Source of the DNA: an uncultured Gammaproteobacteria bacterium
Lineage (GTDB): Bacteria > Patescibacteriota > Patescibacteriia > Magasanikbacterales > UBA922
DNA length: 64,000 nucleotides
NCBI GenBank assembly: GCA_965231005.1
Contig: OZ246405.1
Location: 610,709 to 674,708, forward strand
Reading direction: 5' to 3'
The stretch's first letter is position 1; the number at the start of each line of letters is the position of its first letter. Below the pieces are notes generated by a model. It ran no database searches and was not told the origin of the DNA. It saw nothing but the letters and a program-made list of their open reading frames with translations. Shown here one piece after another: positions 17,792 to 28,000 of this stretch. A program made the translations under genes and the position numbers.

Positions 17792-19882
17792 ATGTCACCA
17801 GATCAGAAAAAACCTGATGGTGGTGCACATGGTAGTGCACCGCCGAAACGATCAACACTCGAACTTCATGCTGACAAGATCGTCAGCTTGGTCCAACAAG
17901 ACGGGCCAGAGGAGAACCCCATGACCGACAAGAAGACTGATACAACAACGCCGGGTCATGAGGTTCATGATTCGAATTCTGAAACCCCACCCCCGCTGCC
18001 AAGTGTGCTCGACTCGCTTGCTCCTGAGGACATAGCAAGAATAATAAGAGGAGAATCACAACCACTGCGAAGTGAATTGGTGCGATGTCCGAACTGTGGT
18101 GCTGTCTACCCTATGGATCAGGGAAAGGTCCAGGGTGGTTCTGAAAAGGATCAACAGTGTGTGTTGTGCCTTCATGAATTCACCCTCGGTGATGACAATG
18201 AAGCACAAGCAACAGCACAGTCTGAAACCCCACCACCAGTGCCTTCTTCGAACGTTCCGGCGGACAATGAGAAAATCCAATGTCCGAACTGCAAAACCAC
18301 ATTTCGGTCCATTGAAATCCTGCTTTGGGATCGCAATTACAAGTACGTCGTCTGCAGCCACGGATTCACCATCGATAACGACACTGAAGCACAAGCAACA
18401 GCACAGTCTGAAACCCCACCCCCACCCCCACTTCCGCTTCTCATTGGGGACAATGCCCCAGGTGGGAAGAACGTGACTTGCCCAAACTGCGATAAGGTCT
18501 ATTCACTGGATCCAGCTGACTTTGTAGGTGGTTTCCCGAACGTCTTTCAGTGCGCCCTATGCAATCATTGCTTCACTATCGATGATGAAACTGACGCACA
18601 GGATGACACACCACCTGCAATTCCGACCGCGCAGCAGCGTGCAGACAGAACAGGACTGACTGAGCCGTACAAGCCACTCGCCGACATCAAAGATCCAGAT
18701 GCTGATACGTCCACGATTCGTGAAACCATGCCAAGTCACCCGGGCCAAGCTCGTCGCGCTGAAAGCGATCACTACACGCAGGATGAACTTCCTCGCGTGG
18801 AAGATGAACGTGAAACACGGCAAGACCTTCCTGTTGTCACTGGCGATGATCAAGACACCAAGCCTGACATGGACGTTGTCAAAGCCGAAGACCTCGATGA
18901 AGACGATGCTGCTGAACTGGAAAAGGATGATGGCAAGGAAGCTGAAGAGCTGCCCCCGCCGATTTCAAGTCCCATGTTCAGTCCGGAACTGCGCAAACCA
19001 AACCCTGGTTTTCAGCTGCCTCCTCATCTCGAAGAGGTCGTTCGACTCTCTGCTGCTTCAACTCCCGATTCTCTTGCTTCCGGCGATGACGATCCATTCG
19101 GCGACGGCGGAGATCCCTTTGCTGGCCCAGGCACGAATCCCTTTGCTGTTGACGCAGATGATCCCTTCGGTGCTGAAGTTCCGTTCGGTCCAGGAGATGA
19201 TCTTGGGATGAAGGACGAAGACTACGGTGGTCCGAATGATTCTGTCGACGATGGTGATGAATTGCCTCCTGTCATGCCGGCTGATTCCAGTAAGGCGGCT
19301 CCCAAGCCGTCGCTGATTACTGGTTCCAGACCAAGGTTTCGTCCGACTGGACCTGTGCCTTCGGTTCACGATCAAGACGACAAAAGTGGCCCCCCGCCTC
19401 CTCGTCGTCAAGATCATCGAAAGACAATCCGAGTTCCACGTCATCGGCCGACTGCTCGTCCAGTGCCACCACCACCTCCTGGCCCGGCTCCCATTCGAAC
19501 GCCGACGCCTAGTGGTGGTTCACCCATTCCTGCATCTGCACCTGTTTCTACTCCGCCTCCGGCTGCGAGTACAACAGGACCGTCTGCTGCACCAACCCAG
19601 GCTGCTGCGGCTCCGCCCGCACAGTCACAACCGCCGGCTCCAACTGGGCCAGTGGTTGGTCCGACGGCATCAAGTGGCAGTGCTACTACACCGGTCAAGA
19701 CCAACAAGACCGTTGTGTGGATCATCGCCATTCTGATTGTTGCATGCCTGGCTCTCAATGCCTTTAGCGTGTGGCAAAGCAGAAACATCAGAAAGAACGT
19801 CATCGCGGTTCTGAAACATCGCGCTGGCATCCAAAAGGTCATTCAGGCTCCAATGCCGAAGACCAAGGGGGAAGAGAAATGA
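17792..19882 (+). CDS. Hypothetical protein with N-terminal Cys4 zinc-ribbon-like repeats, an acidic/Pro-rich disordered region and a C-terminal TM anchor
   Basis: GC-rich ORF with a strong SD. Three recognisable CPNC-x15-24-C-x2-C units, each ending in an acidic linker with EAQATAQSETPPP in the first two. A near-identical 35-nt segment recurs at 18197 and 18381. C-terminal helix TVVWIIAILIVACLALNAFSVW. Confidence 0.55.
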   Translation: MSPDQKKPDGGAHGSAPPKRSTLELHADKIVSLVQQDGPEENPMTDKKTDTTTPGHEVHDSNSETPPPLPSVLDSLAPEDIARIIRGESQPLRSELVRCPNCGAVYPMDQGKVQGGSEKDQQCVLCLHEFTLGDDNEAQATAQSETPPPVPSSNVPADNEKIQCPNCKTTFRSIEILLWDRNYKYVVCSHGFTIDNDTEAQATAQSETPPPPPLPLLIGDNAPGGKNVTCPNCDKVYSLDPADFVGGFPNVFQCALCNHCFTIDDETDAQDDTPPAIPTAQQRADRTGLTEPYKPLADIKDPDADTSTIRETMPSHPGQARRAESDHYTQDELPRVEDERETRQDLPVVTGDDQDTKPDMDVVKAEDLDEDDAAELEKDDGKEAEELPPPISSPMFSPELRKPNPGFQLPPHLEEVVRLSAASTPDSLASGDDDPFGDGGDPFAGPGTNPFAVDADDPFGAEVPFGPGDDLGMKDEDYGGPNDSVDDGDELPPVMPADSSKAAPKPSLITGSRPRFRPTGPVPSVHDQDDKSGPPPPRRQDHRKTIRVPRHRPTARPVPPPPPGPAPIRTPTPSGGSPIPASAPVSTPPPAASTTGPSAAPTQAAAAPPAQSQPPAPTGPVVGPTASSGSATTPVKTNKTVVWIIAILIVACLALNAFSVWQSRNIRKNVIAVLKHRAGIQKVIQAPMPKTKGEEK

Positions 19883-21558
19883 ATACGTTTATCAAGGTGC
19901 TACTCGCCATTCTCATCGGGGTTGTGGTCGCTGTGTCCGGCTACTTCGCATGGGAAACCATGAACACGAACAAGGCGCTCCTCGCTGAACTGAACAAGAC
20001 CGACAACGGTGCCCAGGAGGACACCAAGGTCAAGCCGGCGCCGAAGAAGTCGGCTGTCAAGAAAGCTGACAAGGCTTCCACGTCCCAGGCCAAGACGGCC
20101 GGCGACAAGAACGACCCCAAGAAGGTCGAGGAAGCTGCGAAGGCTGCCGAAGCCAAGAAGAAGGCCGAGGCCGAAGCTGCTGCCAAGGCTGCTGAAGCGA
20201 AGAAGAAGGCTGACGAAGCTCGCAACGACTGGGATGAAATCAACTCCCGTGGCGACGACCAACTCAGAGCTGAGAAGTTCGACGAAGCGTTCAAGACCTT
20301 CAAATCCTTGATCGGACACGAGCATCAGAATCATGGACTGGCTTACTACAACATCGCCTGCCTGTTCTCGGTGCAGTCTGTGTCAGACAAGCTCAAGGGC
20401 AAGAAGAAGGCGATTCGCAAGAGCAAGAAGCAAGCCCTCCACTACCTGGCTCAGGCCTGGGTAGCCGGCTACGACGACCTCGAATGGATGGAGAAAGACG
20501 AGGATCTCGATTCGATCCGCAAGACCCGCGGCTACAAAGAGATCAAGCGTCTGGCAGTGGAAAAGGGACTGGTTCGGCTCCCTGCGCCGGCCACCGAAGA
20601 CGTCGCCAAGAAGGCCAAGGATGAGCAGAAGGAACCCACGCCCAAGCTGACCGGCATCCACGCCCTGCGTGCCATGCCGATCAAGGGAGTTGCCGATTCT
20701 GACGAAGCCAGCAAGGCTGACAAGGACGCCAAGCGCATCGCCAACGCCAACGCCAAGAAGGTCAAGGGCAAGAAGGTTCGCAAAGGCAGCCGCGGCATCT
20801 CGTTCCTGGCCAAGGCTCGAGCCGAAGCCAAGCGGATGTACGCCAAGCTCCACAAGGACCAGAAGGCTCGTCGTGCAGCGCTCAACCGTGCGATCGCCCG
20901 ACTCAAGCGTGGCTACAAGCGCAAGAGCGATCTTGACAAGCAGGACGTTGACGACGAGATCGCAGAGCTCAAGCGAAAGGAGCAGGAACAGTCCGACGAC
21001 GAGGATCGGAAAGCCAAGGAAGAGGCCGAAAGGATGCTCGCCGACGGCAAGACCCAAGACGAGGTCAAGGCTATGTACGATGCTCTGGAGCGCAAGCAAC
21101 AGGCTCGTCGTGCAGCGCTCCTCAGCAAGATCGCGGACGAGCAAAGGCAGGCACGACAGCAGCGTCAGGATGATGCAGTCGACCTTCGCGATGAGATCGC
21201 CAAGCTGCGCGAAGCCGACAAAAAGGCTGACACGCAGTCCGCGGCAGCTGCCAAGGATCACGTGCAAGCCTTGTTCGACAAAGCGCAAGCCGCGACCAAC
21301 CGCGCCAACGCAAAGCGCGCGCGTCAACAGCGTCAGCGTGCGGCAGCGCCCTCGCGTCCGAGCTCGCCGCCCAGCCGTCCGGCTTCGGGTGGTTCGTCCA
21401 GCCTCGCACATGCGCCTGCGGCAGTTTCCAGCTGTCCGTATGGTGGAGACGAGGCCAACTGCGTCAAGAAGACGGTCGCGTACTTGACCAAGTTCGGTAC
21501 GCCCCTGGCCGATGCCAAGGGGAGTGCCAAGGCCAAGTGCAGCGCGCGCTGTCTGTAG
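19879..21558 (+). CDS. Membrane-anchored TPR/coiled-coil protein ending in a four-Cys module
   Basis: The ATG overlaps the upstream TGA (ATGA), indicating translational coupling. N-terminal TM helix. TPR-like GLAYYNIACLFS. Lys/Ala/Glu-rich coiled coil. C-terminus SCPYGGDEANCVKKTVAYLTKFGTPLADAKGSAKAKCSARCL. Confidence 0.55.
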   Translation: MNTFIKVLLAILIGVVVAVSGYFAWETMNTNKALLAELNKTDNGAQEDTKVKPAPKKSAVKKADKASTSQAKTAGDKNDPKKVEEAAKAAEAKKKAEAEAAAKAAEAKKKADEARNDWDEINSRGDDQLRAEKFDEAFKTFKSLIGHEHQNHGLAYYNIACLFSVQSVSDKLKGKKKAIRKSKKQALHYLAQAWVAGYDDLEWMEKDEDLDSIRKTRGYKEIKRLAVEKGLVRLPAPATEDVAKKAKDEQKEPTPKLTGIHALRAMPIKGVADSDEASKADKDAKRIANANAKKVKGKKVRKGSRGISFLAKARAEAKRMYAKLHKDQKARRAALNRAIARLKRGYKRKSDLDKQDVDDEIAELKRKEQEQSDDEDRKAKEEAERMLADGKTQDEVKAMYDALERKQQARRAALLSKIADEQRQARQQRQDDAVDLRDEIAKLREADKKADTQSAAAAKDHVQALFDKAQAATNRANAKRARQQRQRAAAPSRPSSPPSRPASGGSSSLAHAPAAVSSCPYGGDEANCVKKTVAYLTKFGTPLADAKGSAKAKCSARCL

Positions 21559-21577
21559 TCTGATCTGGTGAGAACCT

Positions 21578-21645
21578 GGCTTCCCGGTGCTCGTACGTTT
21601 ATTCGTACTTGCATCGGGAAGCCTCCTCACTTTCTTCTTTTTCTT
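21578..21645 (+). terminator. Terminator hairpin ggcttcccggtgctcgtacgtttattcgtacttgcatcgggaagcc plus a T-rich tail
   Basis: Long near-perfect stem immediately after the stop at 21558. Confidence 0.5.
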
Positions 21646-21723
21646 GAAAAGAGGGGAAAGCAGGGAAAATACCTTATTTAAGCCAAAAAAGATAAGTTTT
21701 TATGGTCTATAAAGCCTAAATAC

Positions 21724-21752
21724 TTGACAAAATGGTCAAAATATGGTATAGT
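21724..21752 (+). promoter_or_regulatory. Sigma70 promoter TTGACA-17-TATAGT, copy 2 of the duplicated cassette
   Basis: Near-identical to 17540-17568. Confidence 0.55.
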
Positions 21753-21943
21753 TTCTGGTCAAAATTGATAAAATATATACCCTTATCTATTGGCGTGCCA
21801 GTGCATAATCCATGCAATATGCAGTGCGCGCGAGTGTGATAAGGTACAGAAAATGTACATCGTACATTCTTTGTGTGTCACACCGCTTTCCAGACGTTTT
21901 AACGTCATCCAACAGGTTCATTACATTACTACATCACTACAAC

Positions 21944-22074
21944 TGTTCGATCGGTAAACAAGTTCATAATATTTGTGTACTGCTTTACCGGTCGAACATT
22001 TCACATCGCCTTTCTGACCGGGGGCACAGTTAATTCCAAGGTACGTTACCAAGGAACAAATTGACTGCGCCTGG
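21944..22074 (+). promoter_or_regulatory. Conserved ~130-nt structured 5' leader element, copy 1
   Basis: About 90% identical to 24885-25014. It contains a 14-bp stem GTTCGATCGGTAAA/TTTACCGGTCGAAC and a variable sub-hairpin. Confidence 0.5.
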
Positions 22075-22112
22075 TTTTCTGGGCGACGTGAAACAACAGA
22101 AGGAGGTGCGCA

Positions 22113-23402
22113 ATGGCGTACGCCGTTCGAAAAACCCGATCCGGGGGTGCCGGACAATACGTTTCAGTTTTTTCCGACCGTGCTGCGGTTCTCCGAAAAA
22201 TCGCGCGAGGGATGATCCGCAAGGGTGCGTTCATTCGCGTGGTTCCGGACACGGCTGCTACCAACGATGGCGAGAAGGCCGCAGTCAAGGCTGATCTGGA
22301 TAACGCGGATTTCGTGCTCATCGAGAACCATCCGCATTTCGCTGGCATCAACTTCCCGGCGCCTGCTGACGCTTCGGCTGCTGCGACTGCGGATGCTGCG
22401 GCCACCCGTGCGAATGCCAATGCTGCTGCGGCCAATGTGACCGTTGCGGAGGCTACTGCTGCTCAGGCTCAAACCGAAGCCGACGCTGCTAACGCTCGTG
22501 CCAACGCTGCTGATGCCGCCACTGCTCAGGCCAACGCCGAGGCTACTGCTGCTCAGGCTCGTGTCGACGTTGCCAACGCTGCTGCTGCTCAGGCCAACGC
22601 CGAGGCTACTGCTGCTCAGGCTGCTGGGGATGCTGACGCTCAAGTTGCTGCTGCAGAGGCTGTTGCGGAGGCTGCTGCTGCTCAGGCCGATGCTGCTCAG
22701 GCACATGCCGACGCGGTTCAGGCTGCTGCGGATGCTGCTCAGGCTGCTGCGGATGCTGCTGACGCTGCTACCCAGGCTGGTGCTGCTGCCGGTCAGGCTC
22801 TGATCGCTACCAGTCAAGCTCGGGATGCTGCTGCTGAGGCTGAGGCTGAGGCGCTCGAGGCACAGGCCGATGCGGACGATGCTGCTGCCTTTGCTCAGGC
22901 TCAGGCCGACGAGCGGGCCAATCGCCGTTCGGTTCGGTTCGTCGCGTGGCTGCGTCGCAACTGGAAGAAGGTTCTGCTGGCTCTGCTGGTTCTCCTCCTT
23001 CTCGGTTGCGTGTGGTTCTTCTGGAGCAACATCAAGGCCCTGGTCACGGGGGGTGGTGGTTCGCCGCCGCCTTCGGTGGTGAACCCGCCGACCCCACCGA
23101 CGCCGCCCGTTCCGACGCCGCCCGTTCCGCCGCCGCCGGCTGCGACTCCGGTCGTTCCGCCGCCGACGGTGACGCCTCCGCCACCGCCCGCGACTCCGCC
23201 GGTTTCGCCGACGGTCACGCCTCCGCCGACCCCGCCGACTTCGGGGGGCACGGCAGCGCCGACTGGACAGCCTGGCTGTCCGTTCGGTGTGGGGTACACG
23301 GACTGTTACACCAAGACGGTGGCCTACCTGGTCAGCCATGGTGTGGCGACTTCGGACGCGCAGGACAAGGCGCGCGAGAAGTGCGGACCGCGTTGCAGGT
23401 GA
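22113..23402 (+). CDS. Bitopic protein with an Ala-rich repeat region, a Pro-rich linker and a C-terminal four-Cys module paralogous to the one at 19879
   Basis: SD aggagg. Repeats AATAAQANAEATAAQA. TM helix VLLALLVLLLLGCVWFFW preceded by a basic stretch. PPTPP linker. C-terminus GCPFGVGYTDCYTKTVAYLVSHGVATSDAQDKAREKCGPRCR. Confidence 0.55.
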   Translation: MAYAVRKTRSGGAGQYVSVFSDRAAVLRKIARGMIRKGAFIRVVPDTAATNDGEKAAVKADLDNADFVLIENHPHFAGINFPAPADASAAATADAAATRANANAAAANVTVAEATAAQAQTEADAANARANAADAATAQANAEATAAQARVDVANAAAAQANAEATAAQAAGDADAQVAAAEAVAEAAAAQADAAQAHADAVQAAADAAQAAADAADAATQAGAAAGQALIATSQARDAAAEAEAEALEAQADADDAAAFAQAQADERANRRSVRFVAWLRRNWKKVLLALLVLLLLGCVWFFWSNIKALVTGGGGSPPPSVVNPPTPPTPPVPTPPVPPPPAATPVVPPPTVTPPPPPATPPVSPTVTPPPTPPTSGGTAAPTGQPGCPFGVGYTDCYTKTVAYLVSHGVATSDAQDKAREKCGPRCR

Positions 23403-23824
23403 TGTAGCCTGTTGGAGGGAAGCCCGCTACCGGCGCATGCATTCGTGTGTGTGTCCGGTAGCCCTCCAACCGCTTTCTTTTATAAAAGAGAAAGAGGTTG
23501 GGGGAATACAAAATTAGAAATTGGAAATTAGGGATTAAGTGTATTGACATATTGAGTAATAGAGAAAAGAAATTTTCTTTAGTACTCAGGGTGTCATGTA
23601 GACATTATTGTAAAATTACAATGTGTCTCGTGTCCTGATTAGACAGGTTCATTATAATTTAGTTGAAGAATAACTATCTGGTGGGTAAAAAGATAATATA
23701 CATATGTTACTTTTTTTCTCACCAGATAGTGGCACGTGCCGCTTGTTTCTTCGTCGCCCTTGGGGCATTTCACAAATGGCCCCATCGGTGAGGAGGGGCA
23801 AGGCAACAACAACAGGAGGACGCG

Positions 23825-24724
23825 ATGAACATCCGTCTCGTTTCGTTCATGATCGTCGCATCGGTGACGGTCGGTTTCATTTCCATCAACTCATTCGCGC
23901 AGGCACCGGCCGACTACCCAGCCGTTCGCGACGATGCGCACAAGGGTGCTTCGCTCGCCGAGTCCAACGCCAAGCGCCTGACCGCCCTGGAGAAGCGGAT
24001 CAAGCGGCTCAAGCGCGCCAAGGCTGCGGCCAAGGCCAAGCACACGGCCAACCCGACCCCCGCCAACAACGTCGCTCTGAAGGCCGCGGTCCGCGCGCTC
24101 GACGAGGCCAAGAAGGCAGGTCTGTCCATGTGCGCCCTGAAGACTGGCGAGGATTTCCGGCACTGCATCGACGTCGTGGAAGGCAAGGTGTTCGAGGTGG
24201 AGAAGGACTCCATCCGGATGGCCGCGCTGCTCGCAGTCGGCTGCATCGTGAAGGAGAACAAGTCCACAGATCCTTCCAAGGGTTCGAAAAAGGGCGCATC
24301 CATCACGACCACCGAGCTCGTCTGCGACAAGGACAAGGCCAAGAAGGCGCCGCGCTGCATCCGGTTCAAGCGCTTCAGCAAGCACGCGCACACCTACTTC
24401 GACGTCGGCGGTGACAACTGCAAGGAAGAAGACAGCAACCCGCTGCCCAAGAAGCCGGCGACTCCGCCCAAGCCCAAGGCCGAACCGTGGTCCAAGGGCA
24501 AGCGTTTGCTGGCCAGCGCTGGCATGTGCCTGCTGGCCGGTGGTGTGCTCGCTGTTCCTGGTTACGTCATCGGCGACGCCATCGAGGGCGGTCACTGGGA
24601 GACCAATCCGGAGACCGGCAACGACGACTGGTATGCGCCCAAGGGTCCGCTCGGTGCTGGCATCGGCGGTCTGACCGGCTGCCTCAGCGCGTTCGCGGGC
24701 ACATGGAGTGCGACGAGCGAGTAG
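23825..24724 (+). CDS. Secreted Cys-containing hypothetical protein
   Basis: SD aggagg. Signal peptide MNIRLVSFMIVASVTVGFISINSFAQA. Seven Cys residues. Gly-rich hydrophobic C-terminal segment. Confidence 0.5.
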   Translation: MNIRLVSFMIVASVTVGFISINSFAQAPADYPAVRDDAHKGASLAESNAKRLTALEKRIKRLKRAKAAAKAKHTANPTPANNVALKAAVRALDEAKKAGLSMCALKTGEDFRHCIDVVEGKVFEVEKDSIRMAALLAVGCIVKENKSTDPSKGSKKGASITTTELVCDKDKAKKAPRCIRFKRFSKHAHTYFDVGGDNCKEEDSNPLPKKPATPPKPKAEPWSKGKRLLASAGMCLLAGGVLAVPGYVIGDAIEGGHWETNPETGNDDWYAPKGPLGAGIGGLTGCLSAFAGTWSATSE

Positions 24725-24884
24725 CCTTTCTTCAACTGCTGAATCTGTCGGGGGTTGGTAGCATGTTCATTCATGTCTGTCAACCCCCGTCGGAATATCT
24801 TTCTCTTTGTAAAAAGGGAGAGATGAACGATTATTGTTCATTACAATTGAGAAACTACTACAGAAACATCTTGAATACCTTTTG

Positions 24885-25014
24885 TGTTCGATCGGTAAAC
24901 AAGTACATAACATTTGTGTACTGCTTTACCGGTCGGACATTTCCACATCGCCTTTTTGACCGGGGGCACAGTTAATCCGTGGCGTGTTGCCGCGGACCAA
25001 ATTGACTGCGCCTG
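24885..25014 (+). promoter_or_regulatory. Conserved ~130-nt structured 5' leader element, copy 2
   Basis: See 21944-22074. The same position relative to the downstream SD and start. Confidence 0.5.
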
Positions 25015-25071
25015 AGAAATTGGGCGATTGTGGAATGATTCGGGCGAGACCCGAGAAAAGAGAGGTAACTC

Positions 25072-28000
25072 ATGAACAGCAAGCTCAACACGATTTCCGT
25101 TTGTTTCGTGGCGCTGATGATCGTTTTCGGGTGCAGCCCGGACGCGAGCTACAAGCCCAACGACCCCAAGAACCCCAACCCGGCCCGCAAGGCCGATGCC
25201 AACAACAGCGACACCAGCAGCGCGGATGCGGGTTCGAGCGCGGATACCGGTCAGCCGACCGATCCGTGCGCCGATCCCAAGTTCTGCAACGATGGCAAGG
25301 TCTGCACGGCCGACACCTGCAAGGACGGCAAGTGCAAGCACACCATCGACGCGACGCTCTGTGATGACGGCAACCCCTGCACACATGACCTGTGTGACGA
25401 CCTGGGGATCTGTGTGAACAAGGCTCACGAAGGTTCGTGCCAGGACGGGAATGCCTGTACTGTGGGTGATCATTGCAAGAATGGCACCTGCCAGTCGGGA
25501 AAGAACATGCCCTGTCCCAACGAGAACTCGTGTGTCATCGCAACCTGCAACCCGAAAGAAGGCAAGTGCAACTACGAGCCCAAGAGCGGTGACTGCAACG
25601 ACGGCAACAAGTGCACGGTTGGCGATTTCTGCATCAACCAGAAGTGCAAGAGCGGTTTCAAGAAGTTGGACTGTGATGACAAGAACGTGTGCACGACTGA
25701 CAGCTGCAATCCAGAAGACGGTTGTGTTCACAAGCCGATCGACCTTCCCTGCAGCGACAACAGCTCGTGTACCATCTCGGATAAGTGCAAGGACGGAAAA
25801 TGCGTGGGCCAGGTTGTCAACTGCGACGACAAGAACCCGTGCACGACCGACTCGTGCGATCCGGCGGCGCCCCCGGGCAAGGCATGCAAGCACGTGAACA
25901 ACACCAGCGAGTGCGACGACGGCAACAAGTGCACGTCCGGCGACGTTTGCCAGGATGGTCAGTGTAAGAAGGGAACCACGTCGGTCGATTGCGACGACGG
26001 GAACCCGTGCACTACCAATTCCTGCGACGCCAAGGTCGGCTGCCAGAAGCTCAACAACAACAACTCGTGCGACGACGGCAACAACTGCACCATCAATGAC
26101 AAGTGCTTTAACGGCAAGTGCAACTCCACTACCAAGAAGTGTGGCGACAGCAACAAGTGCGTCACCAACACGTGCGACCAGGCAACTGGCGCGTGTGTGA
26201 AAAAGGAGCTGTGCGACGACGGCAAGGCCTGCACCGAAAACACGTGCGACATCAACACCGGCAAGTGCGAAAACCCTGACAAGAAGTGCGACGACGGCAA
26301 GGCCTGCACCAAGGATAGCTGCAACACCACCACGGGCAAGTGCGAGTACGAGATGATCGTTGGTGCGAACTGCTTCTGCAAGTTCGACTCCAACTGTGAC
26401 GACGGAAACGAGTGCACTGTCAGCGCATGCGATAAGGCGACTGGCAAATGCGCGCTCGCGAAGAAGTACAGCGGGACCTCGTGTGACGACGGGAACCCGT
26501 GCACCACCTCGGACAAGTGCGACCCCAAGACCGGCAAGTGCTCGTCGGCAAAGGCCACGGCCTGCGACGACGGGAACCCCTGCACGGACGACTCCTGCGA
26601 CCCCACGGTCGTTGGCGGTTGTGTGGCGGTGAAGAACAACAAGCTGTGTGACGACGGTGACGCGTGCACCAAGGGTGATATCTGCCTGGACGGCGCGTGT
26701 AACCCCGGCAAGGCCCCGGTCTGCGACGACGGCAACATCTGCACGGATGACAGCTGTGACTCGAAGCTCGGATGCAAGAACACGGCCAACTCGGCCAGCT
26801 GCTCGGATGGGAGCGCCTGCACCTCAAACGACAAGTGCGAGGGCGGGAGCTGCAAGAGCGTTGCGGTGAAATGCGACGACTCCAACCCCTGTACCGACGA
26901 TAGCTGCGACGCGAAGGTCGGCTGCAAGTACGCCAAGAACACCAAGCCGTGTAACGACGGTGACGAGTGTACCATCAGCGAGGTGTGCAAAGACGGCAAG
27001 TGTGGTTCTGGCAAGGCCAAGTCGTGCGACGACAACAAGAAGTGTACCATCGACTCGTGCGACAAGGACAAGGGCTGCCAGCACAAGCAGATTTCCTCGG
27101 CGACCTGCTGCGCTTCGGACGCTGAGTGCGACGATAAAAAGCCGTGCACGGTGGACAAGTGCGATCCGAAGGAAGGTTGCAAGAACACCAAGAAGCTCTG
27201 CTCGGACAACAACCAGTGCACCGACGACGTGTGTGATCCCCAGTCTGGAGATTGCAAGCACACGAAGTTCAGTGGACCGGCCTGCGACGACGGCAACAGT
27301 TGTACCAAATCCGAGAAGTGCGAAAAGGGCAAGTGCGAAGCTGGCTTTACCATCAAGTGCAACGACAACAAACCCTGCACCAAGGATACGTGCGACACCA
27401 AGGGCGGATGCGTCTTCACCAAGACCGTGGATCCCTGCGACGACGGGGACGCGTGTACGAATGGAGACAAGTGCGCCAATGGCGAGTGCGTGTCTGGCAA
27501 GCAGATCGTCTGCGACGACAACAAGGTCTGCACGACCGACAGCTGTGACTCCAAGAAGGGGTGCGTGTTCGCGAACAATTCGGATGCCTGTACGGACGGA
27601 AACGCCTGTACACCGAATGACGTCTGCAAGGACGGCAAGTGCTCGTCGCAGCCTGAGAACTGTGACGACGCGAACGCGTGTACCAACGACAGTTGTGACA
27701 AGAGCAAGGGCTGCAAGCACATCAACAACACCAAGGTCTGCAACGACGGCAACAAGTGTACGGACAACGGAGTCTGCAGTGGCGGCGCCTGCAAGCCGGG
27801 CAAAGCCATCAACTGCGACGACGGCAAGAAGTGCACGACGGATAGCTGTGACCCGACCACGGGCAAGTGCAAGAACGTGGCGCTGGTGTGCGATGACGAC
27901 GCCTGTACGGATGGCGATGGCAAGTGTGACGAGAGCACGGGCAAGTGTGCAGTGGGTCTTCCCAAGAACTGCACTGACACCGACGTGTGTACCAAGAATT

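Noticed and set aside
20383-21630. 415-aa minus-strand ORF and other long antisense ORFs in the GC-rich island (22164..23339, 23891..24595, 24841..25893, 25959..28058, 26824..28539)
   Set aside because: GC-rich DNA is poor in stop codons. These ORFs are antisense to + strand genes that have SDs, promoters, signal peptides and a coherent repeat register. Their translations are Arg/Ser/Gly/Leu low-complexity strings.
21812-22033. 73-aa ORF, and the tail of ORF 24487..24975, lying over the duplicated leader
   Set aside because: The two leader copies differ by small indels that shift the frame, so no peptide is conserved. The conservation is at the nucleotide/structure level.
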